The notes under the pieces are model-generated. The model was not told where the DNA came from, made no database searches, and saw only the letters and a list, made by a program, of their open reading frames with translations. The position numbers were made by a program, and so were the translations under genes. Shown piece by piece: positions 1 to 9,059 of a stretch of 64,000 nt of DNA (position 1 is the stretch's first letter; each line of letters begins with the position of its first letter). This DNA comes from Candidatus Moraniibacteriota bacterium (GTDB taxonomy: Bacteria > Patescibacteriota > Minisyncoccia > Moranbacterales > GCA-2747515), in contig CP175956.1 of NCBI GenBank assembly GCA_046116545.1, positions 641,734 to 705,733 of the forward strand, read 5' to 3'.

Positions 1-58
1 CATAGCATTTATATTCTGGATCAGCTTAATTATTGGAGTAGTCGTATTTTGGCCATTC

Positions 59-463
59 TTGCCGCATATGCCAATAGTTTTAAATTTTTTCTTACGAGAG
101 TATGAATTTGAGTGTAATATTTTGCGCGTGTTGGACATGGCAAGATTTGACACAAAAAGAAAGGATGGTTGGATGGCTCCACTTGAAATTTTGTATGCCG
201 TTGAAAAAATGTCTGGCAGGCAGCCAAGTGTAAGTGCTATTTATGTCACCTTGGGAAAATTGAGGAGAGAGGGTGCTGTTACAAGTAAGAAAGTTCCAGC
301 GGAATACTTAAAGAAGCCTCCAAAAAGAGCTAAAGTCAGCGGTGTCAGCTTGGCCTTCAAATTGGAAAATAATTCTAATTATAAACCTCGCAAGCCAAAG
401 TGGTTGCCAAAAGAGCAAAAGAAAGAAAGTAAGGGCGTGGTTGGCGGAGTTACAGCGCATTAA
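59..463 (+). CDS. Hypothetical protein with winged-helix (PadR-like) segment; start uncertain
   Basis: ORF; SVSAIYVTLGKLRREGAVTS resembles a PadR-type recognition helix and wing; followed by a terminator hairpin. Confidence 0.5.
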   Translation: MPHMPIVLNFFLREYEFECNILRVLDMARFDTKRKDGWMAPLEILYAVEKMSGRQPSVSAIYVTLGKLRREGAVTSKKVPAEYLKKPPKRAKVSGVSLAFKLENNSNYKPRKPKWLPKEQKKESKGVVGGVTAH

Positions 464-470
464 TTTTTTT

Positions 471-504
471 AAAGAGATTGGAAGAACTATTCCAGTCTCT
501 TTTT
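471..504 (+). terminator. Intrinsic terminator
   Basis: AAAGAGATTGGAA-loop-TTCCAGTCTCTTT plus T run, just before repeat A. Confidence 0.7.
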
Positions 505-516
505 ATTTGTCAAAAT

Positions 517-567
517 TTGTTGGCCCTATGGGATGAGGTTCGAACGGTTTTAAATTCAGTTTTGTAG
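517..567 (+). repeat. Cassette-boundary repeat, copy A (reads LLALWDEVRTVLNSVL*)
   Basis: TTGTTGGCCCTATGGGATGAGGTTCGAACGGTTTTAAATTCAGTTTTGTAG; homologous copies at 1438, 48034, 48882, 49449, 50227. Confidence 0.9.
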
Positions 568-586
568 TAGTATTCAAGACGTTTAC

Positions 587-615
587 TTGACAACTATACT
601 AAAATATAATAAGAT
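587..615 (+). promoter_or_regulatory. sigma70 promoter
   Basis: TTGACA-17 bp-TAAGAT directly downstream of repeat A. Confidence 0.6.
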
Positions 616-750
616 TAAAAATCAAAATAGTTCCTTAAATTTAATGAAGTAGGAGTAAAAATGTAAATATTGTAATAACTCCAGATACATAATATGTAAA
701 GTCCAAATTTTAATGGATAAAAATCAATCAATATACAGGAGGAACATCTA

Positions 751-1335
751 ATGAAAAGACAGTTGACTGAGAAAGAAAAGAAGGTCATCAAAGGCTACAA
801 CCTTTCACCTCAAATTGAGCAAATAGTTTGGGATACTTGGAGCGAAGGCGAAAAACCAGCTGAAATGGGTTTTGTAAAAAAAATGGTTGGACAGCTCATC
901 GGGTTAGGTATCGTCTTTGGTAGTTCCGTGGCACTTTGGGTGAATTACCTCATGCCTGGAATTACCCAAATGCATGGCGTGTTGAATATAGTACGATTCT
1001 TTTTCTGGATAGTTCTTCCGTTAGTTGTGCTAATTTGTATTGTTCAGGTAGTCACGATCAACAAAAATGAGAAAGAGGCATTCAAAAAGTTCGCACTGGA
1101 TAGTTGGCAACAAAAAAGAACCATCATCCACAAAATTAGCAAAATAAATCAAGCTGCTTTGGTAATCGGTTTTATTCTTAATGGTTATTTTGTTTCAGCT
1201 ATGATGACTCTCGTTTGTTTTTTGGCTATATCTTTCATCAAAATTGGTATCAGATCAGATGTTCAAAAAATTATGGACAAAGTTGTCCCGCCGCAAAACG
1301 ACGATATCATCGAAGCGGAATACAGTTCAGTGTAG
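751..1335 (+). CDS. Hypothetical membrane protein (cassette cargo)
   Basis: 194 aa ORF, AGGAGG SD, about four hydrophobic segments, flanked by repeats A and B. Confidence 0.75.
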   Translation: MKRQLTEKEKKVIKGYNLSPQIEQIVWDTWSEGEKPAEMGFVKKMVGQLIGLGIVFGSSVALWVNYLMPGITQMHGVLNIVRFFFWIVLPLVVLICIVQVVTINKNEKEAFKKFALDSWQQKRTIIHKISKINQAALVIGFILNGYFVSAMMTLVCFLAISFIKIGIRSDVQKIMDKVVPPQNDDIIEAEYSSV

Positions 1336-1365
1336 TAAAAAACTATACGCTCAAAAAGAGCAAAT

Positions 1366-1402
1366 GCCCATTATCTTTTTTTCAGGATAATGGGCTTTTT
1401 TT
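1366..1402 (+). terminator. Intrinsic terminator
   Basis: GCCCATTATC-loop-GATAATGGGC plus T7, before repeat B. Confidence 0.75.
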
Positions 1403-1437
1403 AATTGACAGATTGATTTTTAATTTGCAAAAATTAG

Positions 1438-1488
1438 TTGGCCCTATGAGATTAGGTTCGAACGCTTTTAAATTCAGTTTTGAAGTAG
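1438..1488 (+). repeat. Cassette-boundary repeat, copy B (decayed, in-frame stops)
   Basis: TTGGCCCTATGAGATTAGGTTCGAACGCTTTTAAATTCAGTTTTGAAGTAG aligns without gaps to copy A. Confidence 0.9.
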
Positions 1489-1505
1489 AATTTAAGGTTA
1501 TTAGA

Positions 1506-1534
1506 TTGACATTTAGGATGAAATATGATAAAGT
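1506..1534 (+). promoter_or_regulatory. sigma70 promoter
   Basis: TTGACA-17 bp-TAAAGT with extended -10 TG, downstream of repeat B. Confidence 0.6.
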
Positions 1535-1579
1535 TACGTGTCCAAAATGTTTTTTAATTTAATGAAATAGGAGGTAACA

Positions 1580-1897
1580 ATGCAAATACTACAGTGGTTG
1601 CAAATACAAATGTCATTTTTGCAAACGGAATGGTTTTCTGTTGTATATGGATTGGTTGTATTTCTGAATCCATTTGCGATGGTGCCACAATTGATTTCTT
1701 CAGTTCGTGCAAAGCCTGAAGAATTACGGGGTGTTTCCGTAACAATGCTCATTTTGTTTTTAGTAATACAGATAGCTGTTGCACTGGGGGCGATAAAAAA
1801 TGTTGACATGGCCCTTTTTGCATCAATGTCAATAAGTACTGTAGTAACATTTACAGTTATTGTTATTACGATATTTAGACGTAATTTGAAGATGTGA
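1580..1897 (+). CDS. PQ-loop/SemiSWEET-like small membrane transporter
   Basis: Three TM segments, MVPQL PQ motif, GVS motif, AGGAGG SD. Confidence 0.65.
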   Translation: MQILQWLQIQMSFLQTEWFSVVYGLVVFLNPFAMVPQLISSVRAKPEELRGVSVTMLILFLVIQIAVALGAIKNVDMALFASMSISTVVTFTVIVITIFRRNLKM

Positions 1898-1957
1898 GTG
1901 TTATCTTTTATGTACATTCACAAAATATTAAAATCAGTAAAACGTTTGGAGAAAAAT

Positions 1958-2281
1958 ATGAAAAAACTCATGTTTTTAGTTTGTGCTTTTATGTTTATGG
2001 CAAGTAACTCTTTCGCAATGGAAGCGGGTACGGTACGCATAACAAAGCGAGGTGAAGTCGGTCAATCCACTCAGTTGAGAAATGAAATTGCTACACAGCA
2101 ATATAAAACTTCTCTTACTGAACAGGGTATAACAGGACAGCAACAAGATCATGTTGTGAGACAATGGCAAAAATATCACAATATTTCAACGCCACCTGCG
2201 CAACATCAGCCCAGTAGTAGTGCAGAAATCGGTCAATCTGCCTGGAATCGTTCTAGACAAATGAGAGATCAACAGAATTAA
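1958..2281 (+). CDS. Hypothetical secreted Gln-rich protein
   Basis: MKKLMFLV...SNSFA signal peptide, GGAG SD, terminator at 2314-2346. Confidence 0.7.
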   Translation: MKKLMFLVCAFMFMASNSFAMEAGTVRITKRGEVGQSTQLRNEIATQQYKTSLTEQGITGQQQDHVVRQWQKYHNISTPPAQHQPSSSAEIGQSAWNRSRQMRDQQN

Positions 2282-2313
2282 CAATGCAATAATTTTGCAT
2301 CTGCGGATTCTAT

Positions 2314-2346
2314 AAGACAACGAGTGAATTTACTCGTTGTCTTTTT
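2314..2346 (+). terminator. Intrinsic terminator
   Basis: AAGACAACGAGT-loop-ACTCGTTGTCTT plus T run. Confidence 0.75.
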
Positions 2347-2593
2347 AAATTATCTTTTGCGCAATTACAACATTCTTGGTATTCTTTAGGTAGATAACTT
2401 AGTGTCTATACTTGATTGTAGTAGGGCTTTTCGCAACATTGTCAATACCAATGATATAGCTTATAGCTGATAAAAATAATCATTTCAGATTTTTCAACTC
2501 AGTTGTCGGAGAGTTGTTCAGGTTTAGTTTTTGGCATATCACCAGAAATCATGTCGGTAATGTTAGTCGGTTTAAATTTTAATTGAAAATAAA

Positions 2594-4030
2594 ATGGAAA
2601 TTATTATCAATAGGCAATATGGTAAATTAATTGCAAACCCAAGTACGAAAATAAAGTTCGATAATGTGGGCTATTATTCTGTTGTAGGTTTAAATAATAG
2701 TGGTAAGTCTTCTTTTTTACAATTCATATGTACTATTAAAGGCAATGTATTTTATTTGCCGGTAGAAAGATTGACTTTTGAGCAAAGTAGAAATGCACAA
2801 ATTGTAGATCTTAATCGGTGGATGCCTACTGTAAGAGCACAGATGCGAGGTGGACCAGTTAGTAGTACTCAATTTTTGCATGAAAGCGGAGAAATGGGTA
2901 CTCAGCTTAAAAATTTGATGCAGGCTATGTGGGATGAATTGGGTGATAGAGAAATGATTCGTGGTCAAGTTGCAAAAGATTGCAAAAGTTTACTGGAATC
3001 TGAGCCAGATACTCAAGGAAAAATTATTCAACTAATTGACCAAGATGAGGAGTCTCTTCCTTTTGCTCAGTTTGGATCTGGTTTTCGGGCATTATTACCA
3101 ATAATAATGGCTGTTAATTTAGATACTTATCCTGTGATATTAATTGATGAACCTGAACTTTCACTTGAGCCACGACTTCAAAAAAAAATAAAGAATTATT
3201 TGATAAGGAAGGCTCAAGAAAATAATAAATTAATTATTGTTGCTACACACTCTCATATTTTTCTTAATAAAAAAATTGTGCATATAGTTGGCCCAGAGGA
3301 GGTTAATAATGAAGATTCCTATATTGCAGAGAATATTATAGATATAGATGATAGGGGAGTAGTAACACAAGGTACACTAAAAGAAGATTTACCTGGATTA
3401 GTGTTTAATATGTTAGGTTCAAGTCCTTCAGATATTTTATTGCCAGACTCTATTATTATATGTGAAGGCTCAAGTGATCAAGTTTTTTTAGAAAAAATAC
3501 TTAATCTTAAAAACATTGATAATGTGGGAGTACATTTTGCAAGTGGTTTAGAAAAAATTCCATTAGCAGCTGAAGCAATTAAGCAAATGCTTAAGCCGGT
3601 TGGTGGGTACATGGAGATATATAAGCCAGTAATTTGTGCTTTATTTGATCGACCACAGTCAGACAAAAGAATCTTTATAGATAAAGTAGAGGAGCATATT
3701 GAATCAGATAATGATGGCAGGGTTGTGGTATTGGATAATAATGATTATACAGAACTTGAGTTTTGTTATCCTAAAGATTTAGTTATGAGATTGTGTGGTT
3801 CAGATTTTGATATCAAAAAATGGCTTGAAGATTGGAAGACGGCAAACAATAGGGAGCGGAATGAAGTATCTGTTAATGCAGGAAGTTTGGGTGAAGTAAC
3901 AAAGAGAAAATTTGCTCAAAAAGTATCAGATGAATTAACTAAAGAGCATTTGGAGAAAGCGAATGATGGTTTACAACAAATTATTTTATTGGTTGAGAAA
4001 GCAGAGTCTGTGCAAGAATTTTGGTCTTAG
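2594..4030 (+). CDS. OLD-family ATP-dependent nuclease (ABC ATPase + TOPRIM)
   Basis: Walker A GLNNSGKS, signature FGSG, Walker B ILIDEPE, H-loop ATHS, TOPRIM IIICEGSSD. Confidence 0.8.
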   Translation: MEIIINRQYGKLIANPSTKIKFDNVGYYSVVGLNNSGKSSFLQFICTIKGNVFYLPVERLTFEQSRNAQIVDLNRWMPTVRAQMRGGPVSSTQFLHESGEMGTQLKNLMQAMWDELGDREMIRGQVAKDCKSLLESEPDTQGKIIQLIDQDEESLPFAQFGSGFRALLPIIMAVNLDTYPVILIDEPELSLEPRLQKKIKNYLIRKAQENNKLIIVATHSHIFLNKKIVHIVGPEEVNNEDSYIAENIIDIDDRGVVTQGTLKEDLPGLVFNMLGSSPSDILLPDSIIICEGSSDQVFLEKILNLKNIDNVGVHFASGLEKIPLAAEAIKQMLKPVGGYMEIYKPVICALFDRPQSDKRIFIDKVEEHIESDNDGRVVVLDNNDYTELEFCYPKDLVMRLCGSDFDIKKWLEDWKTANNRERNEVSVNAGSLGEVTKRKFAQKVSDELTKEHLEKANDGLQQIILLVEKAESVQEFWS

Positions 4031-4093
4031 AGGACTTAATTATCAGATGGGATAATACAAATAGAATAATAATTAGAAAATAATTATAAAAAT

Positions 4094-4426
4094 ATGAGCG
4101 AATTACCAAAATGTATTAAATGCGGATCTGAGTTTACTTATCTTGATGTGAGTTTGTATGTTTGTCCTGAGTGTGGTCATGAGTGGTCTGGTGATGACGG
4201 GGAGATTGAAGATGAAAGTGTCAAAGATAGTAATGGCAATGTCTTGGTTGATGGTGATACGATTACTGTTATCAAAGATTTGAAAGTAAAAGGCACATCT
4301 CTGGTTGTGAAGGTTGGGACTAAGGTTAAGAATATTCGTCTGGTAGACGGTGATCATGATATTGATTGCAAGATAGATGGGATTGGTCCGATGAAACTGA
4401 AATCTGAGTTTGTGAAGAAGTTGTAA
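4094..4426 (+). CDS. yjdM: Zinc-ribbon protein YjdM/PhnA family
   Basis: CxxC...[28 protein letters not shown] motifs. Confidence 0.9.
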   Translation: MSELPKCIKCGSEFTYLDVSLYVCPECGHEWSGDDGEIEDESVKDSNGNVLVDGDTITVIKDLKVKGTSLVVKVGTKVKNIRLVDGDHDIDCKIDGIGPMKLKSEFVKKL

Positions 4427-4455
4427 AAGGGGGCAGGTTCTTGTTGTATTTTTTG

Positions 4456-4485
4456 AGATTGCTTCGTCGTACCTCCTCGCAAAGA
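4456..4485. repeat. Palindromic repeat family 3 arm (RPE/REP-like)
   Basis: AGATTGCTTCGTCGTACCTCCTCGCAAAGA identical to 62207-62236. Confidence 0.85.
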
Positions 4486-4557
4486 TAGGTGAAAAATGTA
4501 TTTTACGGGATGACAGGCTTTTTATATTGTTGTTTTTAAAATTTTGCATAATCTTCT

Positions 4558-4583
4558 AGATTCCCGCCTACGCGGGAATGACA
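4558..4583. repeat. Palindromic repeat family 2 (ATTCCC...GGGAAT type)
   Basis: AGATTCCCGCCTACGCGGGAATGACA; related copy at 47259-47284. Confidence 0.8.
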
Positions 4584-4625
4584 ACAGTGTGACAATAAGT
4601 GATTTTGTAATGTTATAATGAAAAT

Positions 4626-5327
4626 ATGCATAGGTTATATGATGAGTTAAAGCAATATTCTTTAGATGATGCTATAGATTTTGAAAAGTCTGATAGGCAG
4701 TTTTTAGCTTTGGAGAAGTTGCATGATAATAAGTTATTTGATGATGTGAATTATTTATTTTTAACTATTGCTAATGCGTTGGTGTGTTACCAGTTGTCAG
4801 GGAAGGGTGAAGATTATTGGGAAGAGTTTGGTGTGGCATTGGAGGGTCAGAGGATTGATGATTTTTCTGATATAGAGATGTTTTTTGAAGATTTTTTACC
4901 AGCATCAAAAAATAATAAAAGATTTGTAAATATAAAATTAAAGAGAATCCAGAAATTAGAGAAGTTTTATAATGAGTTTTTGCAAAATGCTGAAATTTAT
5001 TATGCAGACATGAACAAATTAGTTCATGATTTGTCTAATATCATGAATCAAAAATCAGATGCAAAAACTATTGTTTTTTCTATAAAAATGTTCTCTTATT
5101 CTGCTAGAAATGTTTTTGGGTATTTAGAATATTTTCCTAAAGATATGATGATCCCAATTGATAGCAGATTAGAAAATTTATATAAAAAATATAATACTGA
5201 TATTGATCATATATCAAAAAAAGATATTCAAGAGTTCTATATGAATTTAGCTAAAAAATTAAATATCCAGCCTTTACATTTAGACTCTATCTTATGGGTG
5301 AATTATGATGAATTAATGAATGTATAA
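4626..5327 (+). CDS. N-glycosylase/DNA lyase, archaeal 8-oxoguanine glycosylase (AGOG) family
   Basis: YQLSGKGEDYW, KTIVFSIKMFSY, IPIDSR, PLHLDSILW motifs. Confidence 0.8.
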   Translation: MHRLYDELKQYSLDDAIDFEKSDRQFLALEKLHDNKLFDDVNYLFLTIANALVCYQLSGKGEDYWEEFGVALEGQRIDDFSDIEMFFEDFLPASKNNKRFVNIKLKRIQKLEKFYNEFLQNAEIYYADMNKLVHDLSNIMNQKSDAKTIVFSIKMFSYSARNVFGYLEYFPKDMMIPIDSRLENLYKKYNTDIDHISKKDIQEFYMNLAKKLNIQPLHLDSILWVNYDELMNV

Positions 5328-5421
5328 ATCATTCTGTTTGTGTTGGACCTCTTGTAAAATACTATGGTAGTATATAGGTATAAAGATACAATTATTATGC
5401 AATAGGGTAGATAATAAATTT

Positions 5422-6216
5422 ATGAAAAAAATCATAGTTGGTATTTTGGCTTTGCTATTAGTCATATATATTGGTGGTTTTTTCTTTTCCTCTTGGGCAC
5501 AAGAATTATTGATTTATCCTAGTCCAAATCGTACCAATGAAAATTGTGAAAGAAAAATTGCAGAAAAAACAGTTGAGCATAATGAAACTACTTTATATCA
5601 TCAGTCTGTAGAGAATGCTGATGAAGTAATAGTTTTTTATCATGGTAATGGAAATATTGTTTGTGATATGGTTTTTGTGGCAGATATTTTTAATGAAAAT
5701 GATATATCATATATTTTCCCAGAGTATACTGGATATAGTGATGATGGTAATAAATCTACACATGAAGGCGTGTTAAAAAACGTACAAGATACAGCTGATT
5801 ATATTGAACAGCAAGATTATGAGCATGTTTATGTGATTGGACAGAGTATTGGGACAGGTGCAGCAGCGTATCATACAACTTTACAAGAAGTTGAGAAACT
5901 CCTTTTGATTTCTCCATTTACTACACTTACAGATGTTATTTATGAAATGGTCCCGTTGTATCCACGGATATTTATTGAAAACTTTTTTGTTGATTTATTT
6001 AATAATAAGTTGAGGTTACAAGATTATAAGGGTGATTTATTAATTATTCATGGTACAAATGATTTAGTTATAGATATTTCTCAAGGATTGGAATTGTTTG
6101 AGTCGACTTCAGCAAGACAAAAGGAATTTCTATCAGCTGAGGGCTTTGGACATGCAAATATTGTTGAGTCAGATGAGATAATAAAAGTCATTAATGATAT
6201 AAGTCAGCAAGAATAA
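5422..6216 (+). CDS. Membrane-anchored alpha/beta hydrolase
   Basis: N-terminal TM, YHGNG, GQSIG nucleophile, IHGTND, GFGH. Confidence 0.85.
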   Translation: MKKIIVGILALLLVIYIGGFFFSSWAQELLIYPSPNRTNENCERKIAEKTVEHNETTLYHQSVENADEVIVFYHGNGNIVCDMVFVADIFNENDISYIFPEYTGYSDDGNKSTHEGVLKNVQDTADYIEQQDYEHVYVIGQSIGTGAAAYHTTLQEVEKLLLISPFTTLTDVIYEMVPLYPRIFIENFFVDLFNNKLRLQDYKGDLLIIHGTNDLVIDISQGLELFESTSARQKEFLSAEGFGHANIVESDEIIKVINDISQQE

Positions 6217-6278
6217 TTAAGTTGACAATAGACGGTAGATAGCTGATATTTAATAGAGTATTAATTTATAGAATAATT

Positions 6279-7946
6279 ATGAAAAAAATATTTAATAAAG
6301 TTAGTAATTGGGTTGTTGCATATTGGAATAAATTTAATCATGTAGGATTATTTATTGCAATTATTTTTACAGCATATTCACTTACGCCGTCACTTCTCCC
6401 ACGTAGTCCTCTTTTTCAAGGACTTCTTTCTGGTGTTGTATTTGCTATTGGGTATGGCATTGGTTGTTTCATCGTGTATATGTGGCACTATTTGGAATTA
6501 CCAGCATTAAAAAAAGAATGGAGAAAAAATACACATATTGCATTTGCCGTAATTGCTATTGGTGCTATTGTGTATACAAATAGTAATTGGGTTAAATGGC
6601 AAAATTCAATTCTTGAGGTGATGAATCAAGATCTAATATCTACTAATTTTGTGCTAGTCTCAGTTATTCTCATTGGCGGCATTGTGGCAATGATTTTAAT
6701 TGCTATTGGGCGACTTATTTCAAAGGGATTTCATTTTATAATGAAGAAATTTCATCATGTGATACCAAAACGTATTTCACGGTTCATTGGTTTTGTGGTA
6801 GCACTATTTCTTTTTTGGGGAATTGTAAATGGTATATTAATTCAAAATATTTATAATGTTGTTGATACAGTTTCTGCACATATAAATAAATTAACAGATG
6901 ATGGTATAGAGCAACCTACTGACCCAAATAAAACCGGAGGAACGGAATCACTTATAGCATGGGATACTCTTGGGAAAATGGGTCGCAGTTTTGTTGCTAG
7001 TGGACCAACTGCGCAAGATATCAAAGAATTTACAGGTAAAGAAGCACTTGAGCCGATACGTATTTTTGTAGGTATGGAATCTAGAAAGACAGTACAAGAA
7101 CGTGCTGAACTTGCCTTAGAAGAATTAAAGAGAGTAAACGCATTTGATCGAGAAATCCTTGTAATTACTACACCAACTGGAACAGGCTGGATGGATCCTT
7201 ATTCTATGGATACATTGGAATATATACATAATGGAGATACGGCTAATGTTGGAATACAGTATTCATATTTATCAAGTCAGGCAACATTGGTTTTTCATCC
7301 AAAACGAGCTAGTGAAACATCAGAGGCAATGTTTAGTGCTATTTATAATCATTGGAAAACACTTCCAAAAGACAAACGTCCAAAAGTATATTTATTTGGT
7401 GTTAGTTTAGGTTCTTTTGGAGGTGAAAAATCAACAAAGTTACATAAGATTATGCAGGATCCTATCAATGGTGCTTTGTGGGCAGGACCTCCTTTTGTGA
7501 ATGATTTACATAAAGACTTAGTGATTAATAGGAATACAGGGTCGCCATCATGGTTGCCAACATATGAAGATGGTTCATTTGTACGATTTACTTCAAAAGA
7601 AAGTGCATTAGATAATTATAAAAAAGATTGGGGTGATATGCGCATAATATATTTGCAGCATGCAAGTGATCCAATGACAGCTTTTTCGCCAGATTTATTG
7701 TTCAAGAGTCCAGCATGGCTAGAGGGCGAGCGTGGACCAGATGTGTCCCCAATGCTTAATTGGCATCCAATGGTTACTTTTTTTCAAGTAGCATTTGATC
7801 TTATTGTATCAGTATCGGCAGCACCACTTGGGCATGGACATAATTTTTCACCAGAAAGCTATATAGATGGATGGATTGAGATTTCAGATCCAGCTAATTG
7901 GACTGATGACATGACAGTACGACTCAAAGAACTTTTCCTAAAATAA
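6279..7946 (+). CDS. Membrane protein with alpha/beta-hydrolase_9 domain (COG4425-like)
   Basis: SLTPSLLPR, TTPTGTGW, QYSYL, GVSLGSFG, YLQHASDP motifs. Confidence 0.85.
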   Translation: MKKIFNKVSNWVVAYWNKFNHVGLFIAIIFTAYSLTPSLLPRSPLFQGLLSGVVFAIGYGIGCFIVYMWHYLELPALKKEWRKNTHIAFAVIAIGAIVYTNSNWVKWQNSILEVMNQDLISTNFVLVSVILIGGIVAMILIAIGRLISKGFHFIMKKFHHVIPKRISRFIGFVVALFLFWGIVNGILIQNIYNVVDTVSAHINKLTDDGIEQPTDPNKTGGTESLIAWDTLGKMGRSFVASGPTAQDIKEFTGKEALEPIRIFVGMESRKTVQERAELALEELKRVNAFDREILVITTPTGTGWMDPYSMDTLEYIHNGDTANVGIQYSYLSSQATLVFHPKRASETSEAMFSAIYNHWKTLPKDKRPKVYLFGVSLGSFGGEKSTKLHKIMQDPINGALWAGPPFVNDLHKDLVINRNTGSPSWLPTYEDGSFVRFTSKESALDNYKKDWGDMRIIYLQHASDPMTAFSPDLLFKSPAWLEGERGPDVSPMLNWHPMVTFFQVAFDLIVSVSAAPLGHGHNFSPESYIDGWIEISDPANWTDDMTVRLKELFLK

Positions 7947-7953
7947 ATTTAGA

Positions 7954-8214
7954 ATGAATTATTTTGTTTATATTTTGCACTGTTCTGATGATACGTTGTA
8001 TACAGGTATTACGACTGATGTAAGTAGGCGATTGGAAGAGCATAATGGCAAAGTTAAAGGTGCAAAATATACTAAAATGCGCCAACCTGTAAAATTGGTT
8101 TACTCTGCTGAGTTTTTGAATCGGTCTACTGCTAGTATTGAAGAATGTAGGATTAAAAAATTATCTCGTAAGCAAAAAGAATTGTTAATCAATCATAGTG
8201 CATGTATAATTTAA
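7954..8214 (+). CDS. GIY-YIG nuclease, YhbQ/UPF0213 family
   Basis: YFVYIL-C-D...LYTGITTD..RR..EHN..GAKYT. Confidence 0.9.
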   Translation: MNYFVYILHCSDDTLYTGITTDVSRRLEEHNGKVKGAKYTKMRQPVKLVYSAEFLNRSTASIEECRIKKLSRKQKELLINHSACII

Positions 8215-8286
8215 AATAGAGAAATAAACAAAAACTTAAAGTATAAAACCTAGGTAATAAAATTATCATTGAAGATTAGAAATAAT

Positions 8287-8604
8287 ATGATTGAAGTATT
8301 TAGAGCAAAAATTATTGAAGATGAAAAGGAGCGTGAAGCAGCTCTTGAAGTCATTGCAGAACGTGAGAACTATTATGTAGAGCTTTTTGCTAATGATGCA
8401 AGAAAACCAAGGATAACTGTAAAATACGAAGGTGCAAGTCCACTTACAGTACGTATTTTATTTTCTCCGCCTAGTGGTAAAACGGTAGTTGTTAATGAAA
8501 GTGGCTATGGGACTGCTGATTCTGTTACAAAACATGCATTCAAAAAACTTCGTCGTCTAGCAAAAAATCATTTTGTAAAAATGAAAAAACGTCATGGTAG
8601 ATAA
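8287..8604 (+). CDS. Hypothetical protein, weak HPF/RaiA-like resemblance
   Basis: About 105 aa; C-terminal AFKKLRRLAKNH helix resembles the HPF DKLERQL helix. Confidence 0.5.
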   Translation: MIEVFRAKIIEDEKEREAALEVIAERENYYVELFANDARKPRITVKYEGASPLTVRILFSPPSGKTVVVNESGYGTADSVTKHAFKKLRRLAKNHFVKMKKRHGR

Positions 8605-8648
8605 GTGTGTGGTATGATTAAAGTGTAATTACATTAAACAAAAAATAT

Positions 8649-8912
8649 ATGGGATTTTTTAGCAAGGTGACTGATGATGCAGTCGATAAGGCTGCTGACG
8701 CAGCAAAAGATGTAGCAGAAGATAAGATAGATGATACAGTAGAAGCAACTGGAATGGAAGATAATGCAATGGTAGAAGGAGTTGCTGATAAAGCAACAGA
8801 AATGAGTGGTGATGGCGTGGACGCGGCTGCTGACAAAGTAAAAGATATACTTGGAGGTGGCGAAGAGGGTGATACACACACTTGTGAAGGTGACACTTGT
8901 TCTCATGAATAA
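8649..8912 (+). CDS. Small acidic low-complexity protein
   Basis: MGFFSKV start, repeated D-K-A/V units, followed by a hairpin. Confidence 0.65.
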   Translation: MGFFSKVTDDAVDKAADAAKDVAEDKIDDTVEATGMEDNAMVEGVADKATEMSGDGVDAAADKVKDILGGGEEGDTHTCEGDTCSHE

Positions 8913-9059
8913 TTGTTGAAATACAAATGAAAAAGGATACAAAATAAATTTTTGTATCCTTTTTATTTTTTTACTCACTTAGTAAAATTTCTTAGATTAT
9001 AAATAAAGAAAGCATAAATTAATGACAAATTCTTATTTTTGTGCTTAAATAGATGAGAT

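Noticed and set aside
517-1488. Repeats as classical integron attC sites
   Set aside because: No RYYYAAC...GTTRRRY ends or long imperfect palindrome, and no IntI gene seen.
1215-1562. ORFs spanning the repeats (342-536, 1215-1562, 47353-47535, 49432-49623)
   Set aside because: They cross terminators and promoters, lack SD sites and overlap better-supported genes.
2594-4030. Gabija or retron system
   Set aside because: No adjacent UvrD helicase or reverse transcriptase; the upstream leader shows no convincing msr/msd structure.
7954-8214. GIY-YIG gene as the mobiliser of the palindromic repeats
   Set aside because: It is an ordinary YhbQ-type gene with no flanking repeat copies.
8618-8978. 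Antisense and nested ORFs in the track (e.g. 8618-8896, 4103-4549, 50757-51167, 58545-58934)
   Set aside because: Shadow frames of well-supported genes with no recognisable motifs.
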